The position numbers and the translations under genes are program-made. A stretch of 64,000 bases of DNA from assembly GCA_902532565.1 (NCBI GenBank), contig CACAIR010000002.1, positions 9,494-73,493 of the forward strand, in the 5' to 3' direction. The notes under the pieces are model-generated. The model was not told the DNA's origin. It saw only the letters and a program-made list of their open reading frames with translations, and made no database searches. This DNA comes from an uncultured Pelagibacteraceae bacterium (GTDB lineage Bacteria > Pseudomonadota > Alphaproteobacteria > Pelagibacterales > Pelagibacteraceae). Of the stretch, positions 37,676 through 45,540 are shown one piece after another. Position 1 is the first letter of the stretch; every line of letters starts with the position of its first letter.

Positions 37676-38290
37676 ATGGCAGACGAACCGGGTAAACTAG
37701 ATATATCAGATGAAATGATAGCCGAAAGGCGAGGCGGTTCGGGAAAAATGCCAGATGATATGCCATTATGGATGGCAAAATCTATTACAAGTATTGATAA
37801 ATTTAGTAAGTGGATTGGTAATATAGTTTGTTGGATATTAATACCACTAATTTTTGCAATGACTTATGAAGTATTTGCAAGAAAATTATTTTTAGCTCCT
37901 ACTATTTGGGCTTATGATATAAGTAGATTTTTATATGGAGCTCTTTTTATGCTTGGCGCAGGGTACGCGCTTTCAAGAGGTGTTCATATAAGAGCAGATT
38001 TTTTATATAGAAATTTCAAAACTAAAAACCAAGGTTTAATAGATTTTTGGTTATATCTTTTATTTTATTTTCCAGGCTTGATTGTTTTTCTTTATATGAC
38101 CATAGGTTTTGTTGGAGAGTCGATTCAAAGAGGAGAAAGAGGCATGGATACCACATGGATGCCTTATATGTGGCCAATAAAAACTTGCTTACTAATTGGT
38201 ATAATATTTTTACTTATTCAGGGTTTTTCTGAATTATTAAAAAGTTATTGGGCAGCCAAAAAAGGTAAATGGCCTGGAGAGACTAAATGA
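37676..38290 (+). CDS. dctQ: TRAP small permease
   Basis: YEVFARK...PTIWAYD, HIRADF, 4 TM. Confidence 0.9.
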   Translation: MADEPGKLDISDEMIAERRGGSGKMPDDMPLWMAKSITSIDKFSKWIGNIVCWILIPLIFAMTYEVFARKLFLAPTIWAYDISRFLYGALFMLGAGYALSRGVHIRADFLYRNFKTKNQGLIDFWLYLLFYFPGLIVFLYMTIGFVGESIQRGERGMDTTWMPYMWPIKTCLLIGIIFLLIQGFSELLKSYWAAKKGKWPGETK

Positions 38291-39621
38291 TAGCTGAGTT
38301 TATAGATCCAGCGATTTTGGGGTTTATTTTAGTTGGAGTAATGCTTTTTGCAATATTTGTAGGATTCCCAATTTCATTTACTCTAATTTTTTTAGGTTTC
38401 GTATTTGGTTATTTAGGATTTGGTAAATTAGTTTTCTATTTGATGACATTACAGTTTTCCATGGTGATGACAGAACAGACACTCGCCGCCGTACCACTCT
38501 TTGTTTTTATGGGAATTATGATGGAACAGGCAGGTTTAATGGAAAGATTATTTTCAGCTTTTCAAATGATGTTGGCAAAAGTAAAAGGTTCTTTATATTA
38601 TGCAGTATTATTTGTTTCTGTAATATTTGCTGCTGCTACAGGAATTGTAGGAGCTTCAGTTACAATTCTAGGGATTATGGCGGCTAAATCTATGAATAGA
38701 TCTGGTTATGATGTTAGACTCGCAGCAGGAACAATTACAGCAGGTGGAACTCTAGGAATTTTAATCCCACCTAGCATCATGTTAGTTGTTATGGGGCCAA
38801 TTATGGAAATCCCAGTTATAGATTTATTTGCTGCTGCGATTTTACCTGGGATACTTCTTGCAAGCTTATATGCAGGCTACACCACAATTAGATGCATGAT
38901 TAATCCTAAATTAGGACCAGTGATCCCTGAAGATATGAGAGCGGCTAGCATGAAAGATGTTTGGATTGAATTTTTTTTAGGGTTGGTGCCACCGGCAGCT
39001 TTAGTATTTGCTGCATTAGGAAGTATTTTATTTGGTTTTGCTACCCCCACTGAGGCTGCAGGATGTGGAGCAATGGGAGCCTTATTACTTTCATTAGCTT
39101 ATAAAAAATTAACTTTTTCAAAATTACAGGAAGCTTTAGTAAAAACTTTAGAAATAACAGCTTTAATAATGGTATTAGTTGCAGCTTCAAATTTTTTTGG
39201 TGCAGTTTTTGCAAGATTAGGAACACCGACTTTATTAACTGAATTTTTATTAGGTCTAGAAATGAATAAATATCTTATTCTAGCAATGGTTATGGTAATG
39301 ATATTTTTATTAGGATGGCCTTTAGAATGGGTGCCTATAGTAATGATTATCGTTCCAATAATATTACCATTGATTGAGGCTTTAGGATTTAATTTAACTT
39401 GGTTTGCAATTTTAGTTGCAGTCAATTTACAAACTGCCTGGCTCTCTCCACCAGTTGCACTATCAGCATATTTTTTAAAAGGAGTCGTACCAGAATGGGA
39501 TCTTAAAGATATATATTATGGAATGATGCAGTTTATGATTCTACAGGTAATTGGTTTAATTTTAATTATTATCTTTCCTAAAATTGCTCTGTGGTTACCA
39601 ACTCTGTTATATGGACAGTAA
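38287..39621 (+). CDS. dctM: TRAP large permease
   Basis: AVPLFVFMG, AATGIVGASV, GTLGILIPPSI, TPTEAA, NLQTAWLSPP. Confidence 0.93.
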   Translation: MIAEFIDPAILGFILVGVMLFAIFVGFPISFTLIFLGFVFGYLGFGKLVFYLMTLQFSMVMTEQTLAAVPLFVFMGIMMEQAGLMERLFSAFQMMLAKVKGSLYYAVLFVSVIFAAATGIVGASVTILGIMAAKSMNRSGYDVRLAAGTITAGGTLGILIPPSIMLVVMGPIMEIPVIDLFAAAILPGILLASLYAGYTTIRCMINPKLGPVIPEDMRAASMKDVWIEFFLGLVPPAALVFAALGSILFGFATPTEAAGCGAMGALLLSLAYKKLTFSKLQEALVKTLEITALIMVLVAASNFFGAVFARLGTPTLLTEFLLGLEMNKYLILAMVMVMIFLLGWPLEWVPIVMIIVPIILPLIEALGFNLTWFAILVAVNLQTAWLSPPVALSAYFLKGVVPEWDLKDIYYGMMQFMILQVIGLILIIIFPKIALWLPTLLYGQ

Positions 39622-39646
39622 AAAATATTAGTTTAATATCATCATA

Positions 39647-41104
39647 GTGAGTCAAAATAAAATTAATGAAAAAATTATTAATTGGGAATTAGTTGGAATT
39701 AACCCTGCAACTAAAAACTGGGACTGGAAAGATCTTTTTTGTTTTTGGAGTGTTAGTATTCAAAGTATTATAGGTTTTTCACTAATTGCTTCATTATATA
39801 CAATATATGATCTAAATTCTTTTGTTGTTTTTTTTGGATCTATTTTGGGTTCATTATTAGTTTATTTTTTTTCAAATTTTATGGGTAAACCTTCTCAAAA
39901 GTATGGATTACCATTTGCAACTTTATTAAGATCATCATTAGGCTACTCAGGAGCAAAGTTTTTTGGACTTTTAAGAAGTTTAGTTGGAATATTTTTTTTT
40001 GGTATACAAACATATTTTTTATCAAAAGCTATAAGTTATTTAATTAGAATTTCGTTATTTACTTTTGACAACTCAATTCTTGATAAAGAAATTTTTTTAA
40101 CCTTTTTAATTGGATTAAACATCATAGACTGGGCGGCTCTTGTACTTTGTATAATAATTCAAATTTATATTTTTAGTAAAGGAATGTTATATAACAGAAA
40201 AATTATTAATTTTTCTGCAATCATAGTTTATTTAGGATTAATATTTTTTACCCTGATGATTTTATTATCAGATGTTAAGCTTACTACTACAGCTTTTAAA
40301 GAAATTTTGAATTTTAAAAATTTTTTAACTTATAGCAACCTAGTTCCAATAATGAGTGTTGCTGGAACAGTTTTTGCATATTTCTCAATCATTATAATAA
40401 GTCTTGGAGATTTCACGCGCTATATTAAAAATGAGAAACAATTAATAAATGGTAATTTAACTTTACTCTTAAATCTGGTTTTATTTTCTATTTTTGCAGT
40501 ATTTATAGTTGCAGGTTCAGATGTTTTTTTAAATCAAAAATTTGAAGATATCGAGAGAGTATTTACAAATCCGACAGATATAATTGGTAAATTTGATAAT
40601 TTACAGATTACTGTGATAGTTTTATTTTTTATTATAATTGCTTCAGCTTCAACTAACTTAATAGCAAACTTGATTCCCTCACAATATTCATTAATTAATT
40701 TTCAACCAAGTAAATTAAATATTAAAAACGTTAGTTATATAATAGGTTTTTTGGGATTTATAATAGGAATGTCTTGGCCCACTCTATTAAGTCAAATTGG
40801 TATACTTTCATTTGTTGATACTTTCAGTTCTTTCTTTGGTCCAATTAGCGGTGTAATGATAGTAAATTATTATATTATAAATAAATCAAATTTAATTATA
40901 AAAGATATACATTTGTTATCATCAAAAAGTTCTTTTTATTTTTCAAAAGGTTGGCATTTAAAAGCTATTTATTCTTTAATCATTGGTTTTATTTTTGCCT
41001 CATCTACTATATGGAATTTTAACTTAATGTTTTTACAATCTTATTCGTGGATTATTGGAGCATTAGTTTCTGGGTTTATATATTATTTGTTAGATAGAAA
41101 ATAA
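39647..41104 (+). CDS. NCS1 (cytosine/allantoin) nucleobase:cation symporter family
   Basis: KYGLPF..LLRSSLG..G, DFTRY, STNLIAN, GPISGVMIVNYY, GW.LKA; GTG start. Confidence 0.8.
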   Translation: MSQNKINEKIINWELVGINPATKNWDWKDLFCFWSVSIQSIIGFSLIASLYTIYDLNSFVVFFGSILGSLLVYFFSNFMGKPSQKYGLPFATLLRSSLGYSGAKFFGLLRSLVGIFFFGIQTYFLSKAISYLIRISLFTFDNSILDKEIFLTFLIGLNIIDWAALVLCIIIQIYIFSKGMLYNRKIINFSAIIVYLGLIFFTLMILLSDVKLTTTAFKEILNFKNFLTYSNLVPIMSVAGTVFAYFSIIIISLGDFTRYIKNEKQLINGNLTLLLNLVLFSIFAVFIVAGSDVFLNQKFEDIERVFTNPTDIIGKFDNLQITVIVLFFIIIASASTNLIANLIPSQYSLINFQPSKLNIKNVSYIIGFLGFIIGMSWPTLLSQIGILSFVDTFSSFFGPISGVMIVNYYIINKSNLIIKDIHLLSSKSSFYFSKGWHLKAIYSLIIGFIFASSTIWNFNLMFLQSYSWIIGALVSGFIYYLLDRK

Positions 41105-41108
41105 TTAG

Positions 41109-41861
41109 ATGAATAAAATTAACTTTAATTTTGATAAAAGAACTGCAGTAATAACTGGTGGTGCTCAAGGATTTGGACTTGATATTGCAAAAAGGTTTTT
41201 AAATTCAGGGGCAAAAGTAATTATTTGGGATATAGATCCTGAAATGACAGAAAAAACAGTTAAAGATTTAAATAATTCAAATTTAAGTTCAAAAATTGTC
41301 GATGTATCAAATTTTAATGAAGTTGAAAAATGTGTTAGTGAAATCATTAAAGAGTCTAACGTTGATATTTTAATAAATAATGCAGGAATAACAGGTCCAA
41401 CATCAACACTATGGGAATATGATGTAGAAATTTGGAAAAAAGTTGTAGATATTAATTTAATTGGCACTTTTAATTGTTGTAAAGCAATAGTACCAAATAT
41501 GATAAAAAATAATTATGGCAGAATAGTTAATGTTGCGTCAGTAGCTGGAAAAGATGGAAATTCAAATGCAAGTGCTTATAGCGCTGCAAAAGCAGGAGCA
41601 ATAGGATTAACAAAATCTTTAGGTAAAGAGCTTGCTAACAAGAACATAGCTGTCAATGCAGTTACACCAGCAGGAGCTAAAACTCGAATTCTAGACCAAA
41701 TGACCAAAGAACATGTTCAAAGAATGCTATCAAAAGTGCCAAGAGGAAGATTTCTAGAGGTTGAAGAATTTACCTCATTAATTTGCTGGCTTTCTTCTGA
41801 GGAAAATACTTTTTCAACAGCTGCAGTATTTGATATTAGTGGTGGCCGATCAACCTATTAA
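41109..41861 (+). CDS. SDR oxidoreductase (2-keto-3-deoxy sugar-acid dehydrogenase-like)
   Basis: TGGAQGFG, NNAGITGP, SVAGKDGN..ASAYSAAK, FDISGGRSTY. Confidence 0.85.
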   Translation: MNKINFNFDKRTAVITGGAQGFGLDIAKRFLNSGAKVIIWDIDPEMTEKTVKDLNNSNLSSKIVDVSNFNEVEKCVSEIIKESNVDILINNAGITGPTSTLWEYDVEIWKKVVDINLIGTFNCCKAIVPNMIKNNYGRIVNVASVAGKDGNSNASAYSAAKAGAIGLTKSLGKELANKNIAVNAVTPAGAKTRILDQMTKEHVQRMLSKVPRGRFLEVEEFTSLICWLSSEENTFSTAAVFDISGGRSTY

Positions 41862-41995
41862 CTTCTAGGTTTTTGCTCAATTATTTTAATATTGTTAATT
41901 TTTGCTCTACTAAACTTGATATCTTTTGACATAACTGGTGCAAAAATCATTATAGACCAGTAAATAAGGAGTATAAAAATTGATATTGTCTTCAT
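41858..41995 (-). CDS. unannotated 45-aa signal-peptide-like protein
   Basis: MKTISIFILLIYWSIMIFAPVMSKDIKFSRAKINNIKIIEQKPRS; stop overlaps the SDR stop. Confidence 0.45.
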   Translation of the reverse strand: MKTISIFILLIYWSIMIFAPVMSKDIKFSRAKINNIKIIEQKPRS

Positions 41996-42077
41996 ATTAT
42001 TTATATAGAACTAAATAATGAATTTTGAATGTTTAAATTTTGTCTAAATAATGTATTAAGAATTTTTTTTAAATTTA

Positions 42078-42728
42078 ATGAAACTTTTTTTTAAAATTTT
42101 ATTTTCCTTAATTTTAGCTGTTAACACTTTGTTAGCAGATGAAGTGAAAGTATTTGATTTTACAGAAACAGAGCTTACAGAACTTAAAGTAAGAAAGGTT
42201 AGAGGGGCTGATAATAAAACAGTTTATAGTATTGGAACAAATGAGAATGGGAATTATCTGAAATCAGTTGCAAACAATGCTGCCTCAGGTCTAGGCAAAG
42301 AAATAAAGATTGATTTAAATAAGACCCCATTTATTAATATTACCTGGAAAATTGAGAAAGATTTATCTGGCATTAAAGAAAATACAAAAAAAGGACACGA
42401 TTTCGCTGCTAGAGTTTTTGTAATTAAAAAAACTGGAGCTACACCGCTATCAAATAGAGCCATTAATTATGTGTTTTCAAGTAATAATGAAATTGGATTG
42501 AGTTGGCCTAGTCCATACACAAAAAAGTCAATAGATAATGTTTTAGCAAGTACAAAAGATAGTCTTAATGAGTGGATAACTGTAAAAGCTAATGTTAAAG
42601 AAGATTTTAAGAGATTTCATGATTTAGATGTAAATGAGCTTGATGGACTTGCCATTATGTCAGACACTGACAATTCCAAAATGAATTCAGTTGCTTATTT
42701 TCAGAATATTTATTTTTCAGCTCAATAA
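42078..42728 (+). CDS. DUF3047 family exported protein
   Basis: Signal peptide; ITWKI, DFAARVFV, AINYV, AIMSDTDNS. Confidence 0.85.
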   Translation: MKLFFKILFSLILAVNTLLADEVKVFDFTETELTELKVRKVRGADNKTVYSIGTNENGNYLKSVANNAASGLGKEIKIDLNKTPFINITWKIEKDLSGIKENTKKGHDFAARVFVIKKTGATPLSNRAINYVFSSNNEIGLSWPSPYTKKSIDNVLASTKDSLNEWITVKANVKEDFKRFHDLDVNELDGLAIMSDTDNSKMNSVAYFQNIYFSAQ

Positions 42729-42745
42729 TTTGATATAATATTAAT

Positions 42746-43168
42746 ATGCATGAAAATTTCTTTCATAAACTAAAGGTATATTATGAAGATACTGATGCGG
42801 GGGGTGTTGTATATTATGCAAACTATCTAAAGTTTTTGGAAAGGGCTAGGACAGAAGCTCTTAATTCTATTGGGTACAGTAACCAAAAAGTAAAAAAAGA
42901 TTTTGGATTACTAATCATAGTAAAAGCTTGTAATATTGATTATAAAAAACCAGCCTATCTTGAAGATGAGATTACCATAAGATCTTTCGTAAAATCTATC
43001 ACCAAAACATCTTTTTTTATGAACCAAATAATTACAAGAAGTGATGAAAATATAGTTGAGGCACAAGTTCATCTTGTCTTTGTTGATGCAAAAGGCAAAC
43101 CAGTTAAAATACCAGATGAAATTTACTCAAAATTCAAACCTTATTTTTGTGATACTATTAAAACTTAG
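42746..43168 (+). CDS. ybgC: YbgC/FadM family acyl-CoA thioesterase
   Basis: VYYEDTDAGGVVYYANYLKFLERARTE. Confidence 0.9.
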   Translation: MHENFFHKLKVYYEDTDAGGVVYYANYLKFLERARTEALNSIGYSNQKVKKDFGLLIIVKACNIDYKKPAYLEDEITIRSFVKSITKTSFFMNQIITRSDENIVEAQVHLVFVDAKGKPVKIPDEIYSKFKPYFCDTIKT

Positions 43169-43838
43169 CTAGTTTTTTTGCTTTTTTGAACAAATTTACC
43201 ATCATCTTTTCAGAAATTAATTTTGTATTAACGTTTCTTGGACTTGGGTGGTAACTCGATAAAATTATTAAATCATTAGGCAAAAATTTTGTTTCACCAT
43301 GTTTGAAAGTAAATCTATCTTTTATATTATATTTTTGTTTATATAGTTTTATACAATTATCAAAAGCAACCTTACCTAATGTCACTATTACTTTAAGTTT
43401 TTTAAGAAATAGTATCTCTTCATCAAAAAATTTAGAACAATTTGAAATTTCATTACTTAATGGTTTATCTTCAGGTGGAACACATTTAAGTATATTAGTT
43501 ATATAAGTTGATTTTAATCTTAAATTGTCATTTAAATTTTTTGAAAATGGTGAGTTAGAAATTCCTACTTCATATAAACATTTAAATAAAAAATCTCCAG
43601 ATTTATCTCCTGTAAAAGCTCTTCCTGTTCTAGTTCCACCATGAGCAGCAGGCGCTAGACCAATAATAGCTAATTTTGAATTTAAATCTCCAAATCCAGG
43701 AACTGGTTTACCCCAATAAATTTCATCAATATTTTGTTTTCTTTTTTTAATACTTACTTCTTTTACAAATTTTACTAATCTTGGACATTTTTTACAATTA
43801 ACTATTGTTTTATTTAATTCGTTTAATCTAATATCCAT
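43158..43838 (-). CDS. uracil-DNA glycosylase, family 5 (UdgB type)
   Basis: CKKCPRL, YWGKPVPGFG, GLAPAAHGG.RTGR.FTGD.SG, KCVPP.DKP, YHPSPRN. Confidence 0.9.
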   Translation of the reverse strand: MDIRLNELNKTIVNCKKCPRLVKFVKEVSIKKRKQNIDEIYWGKPVPGFGDLNSKLAIIGLAPAAHGGTRTGRAFTGDKSGDFLFKCLYEVGISNSPFSKNLNDNLRLKSTYITNILKCVPPEDKPLSNEISNCSKFFDEEILFLKKLKVIVTLGKVAFDNCIKLYKQKYNIKDRFTFKHGETKFLPNDLIILSSYHPSPRNVNTKLISEKMMVNLFKKAKKLAKF

Positions 43839-43841
43839 ACA

Positions 43842-44399
43842 ATGAAATTTATAAAATTCTTTATTGTAATTTTTATATCTTTAATCACTCCTATTAAAGC
43901 AGATTTAAACAAAAACTTAATTAATCAATTTAAGGAGGGTGGAAAATTAATATTTATTAGACACGCTTATGCACCTGGGAGTGGAGATCCAGCAAATTTC
44001 AATTTAAACGATTGTTCTACACAAAGAAATTTGAGTGACGAGGGTAGGAATCAAGCAAAGCTTATTGGTGAATTTTTTATAAAAAACAAAATTGAGATAG
44101 ATAAAGTCCTGTCTAGTGAATGGTGCAGATGTAAAGAGACAGCAAAAATCGCATTTAAAAATTTTTCTACAAATAATTTTTTAAATTCCTTTTACAGCTT
44201 AAAATATGCTGAAAATAAAGATAAACAAGTTAAAGCATTAAATAATTATATTAAAAATTTTGAAAGTAAGAAAAATTTGATTTTAGTAACTCACTATGTC
44301 TTAATATCAGAAGTACTCAATTATGGTCCATCCTCAGGAGAAATAGTTGTTTCAGATAAAAATTTAAATATTATAGATACTATAGAAATTAATTATTGA
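43842..44399 (+). CDS. exported histidine phosphatase family protein
   Basis: Signal peptide; IRHAYAPG, CSTQRNLS..GR.QA, SSEWCRC.ETA, LVTH. Confidence 0.88.
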   Translation: MKFIKFFIVIFISLITPIKADLNKNLINQFKEGGKLIFIRHAYAPGSGDPANFNLNDCSTQRNLSDEGRNQAKLIGEFFIKNKIEIDKVLSSEWCRCKETAKIAFKNFSTNNFLNSFYSLKYAENKDKQVKALNNYIKNFESKKNLILVTHYVLISEVLNYGPSSGEIVVSDKNLNIIDTIEINY

Positions 44400-44405
44400 A
44401 ATTTT

Positions 44406-44531
44406 ATGTCATCAAAAAGAGCAATGAAACAGGCACAAAAACAAGCTTACGCTAAACATAGAAGTAACATTACGAATAATAAATTTTCTATTAAAAAAAA
44501 ATCTTTTATAAATAAAAAGAAAAAAAGTTAG
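44406..44531 (+). CDS. unannotated 41-aa basic peptide
   Basis: MSSKRAMKQAQKQAYAKHRSNITNNKFSIKKKSFINKKKKS; starts 6 nt after the previous stop and fills the gap. Confidence 0.4.
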   Translation: MSSKRAMKQAQKQAYAKHRSNITNNKFSIKKKSFINKKKKS

Positions 44532-44950
44532 CTTTCTTTTTTAAATTTTTCGATTTTTTTACATGTGGAAATTTTCGATATTCCTTCCTCATCATTTAGA
44601 ACAGTTTTCATAAAAATTTCCTGTTTGTCTTTTTCAAAAAGTATTTGAGTATAAAATTGAGGATAACCATGCTTATGAGTAAGTATTTTACCATTTTCTT
44701 CATAAATATTTTGAACATATGAATTAGATTTTTTAGTGCTTAGATCAGTCAATCGATATTTTTGATATGTTTCTTCCTTATAAACATAATTTCTAGTCAT
44801 GATTAGTTCATCAAGATTTAAAATGTACTCATTTTTTAAAAATTCATCTTGTTTGTCATCACAAACGCTCATGATGATTATTTCTGATTTTAAACTTTGA
44901 AAAGGTAGAATTATAAAAAAAATTAAGACAAAGAATCTAATTTTTTTCAT
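44528..44950 (-). CDS. hypothetical exported protein
   Basis: MKKIRFFVLIFFIILPFQSLKS signal peptide (ATG 44950 preferred); Cys near each end of the mature part. Confidence 0.65.
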   Translation of the reverse strand: MKKIRFFVLIFFIILPFQSLKSEIIIMSVCDDKQDEFLKNEYILNLDELIMTRNYVYKEETYQKYRLTDLSTKKSNSYVQNIYEENGKILTHKHGYPQFYTQILFEKDKQEIFMKTVLNDEEGISKISTCKKIEKFKKES

Positions 44951-45110
44951 TTTTTTCGGCAAAAAATATTCCTATTAGAAGCAGAGCTGTCCAACCTAAA
45001 CCTAAGAGACCTTTTAAAATACTCGTATCTGCACTCCAAATTTTAAGAACTAAGGCTCCAAATATAAGCCCAATAATATAAATTATGATGACTATTGATG
45101 TTTTACTCAT
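44937..45110 (-). CDS. unannotated 57-aa two-TM protein
   Basis: MSKTSIVIIIYIIGLIFGALVLKIWSADTSILKGLLGLGWTALLLIGIFFAEKNEKN; overlaps both neighbours in operon style. Confidence 0.7.
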   Translation of the reverse strand: MSKTSIVIIIYIIGLIFGALVLKIWSADTSILKGLLGLGWTALLLIGIFFAEKNEKN

Positions 45111-45354
45111 TTTTTAAGCTTTTTTTAAATAAAGAAATACCATTTTCAATTTTATATGTATAGGACTCTTCAAAACTCTCTAATTGCCAGCCAGAAAGTC
45201 TTTTCTTAATTATTTCAAGATTTTTTTTTTTCCATTCATCAGTTGTATTTTCTAATTTCCATATTCTTTTTTCTTCATTATTTCTACCACAACCATAACA
45301 ATATCCAGTGCTTGGATCACTTTTACAAATGCTAATACAAGGTGAAATAACCAT
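45103..45354 (-). CDS. DUF1289 family Cys-rich protein
   Basis: SPCISIC.....GYCYGCGR...E...W. Confidence 0.88.
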   Translation of the reverse strand: MVISPCISICKSDPSTGYCYGCGRNNEEKRIWKLENTTDEWKKKNLEIIKKRLSGWQLESFEESYTYKIENGISLFKKSLKNE

Positions 45355-45443
45355 ATTAATATTATAACGGAAAATTAATATATTTTACAATAATTGTCGT
45401 TGGACAATTAGTTTCAATCATATATAAAATCCACTAAATTTGT

Positions 45444-45528
45444 GGGGCGATGGCGGAATTGGTAGACGCGTTGGTCTTAGGAACCAATATGGCAACATGT
45501 GAAGGTTCGAGTCCTTTTCGCCCTACCA
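45444..45528 (+). tRNA. tRNA-Leu(TAG)
   Basis: Acceptor GGGGCGA/TCGCCCT-A-CCA, anticodon arm TTGGT-CTTAGGA-ACCAA, long variable arm, GGTTCGA. Confidence 0.97.
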
Positions 45529-45540
45529 TAAAATTTTATT

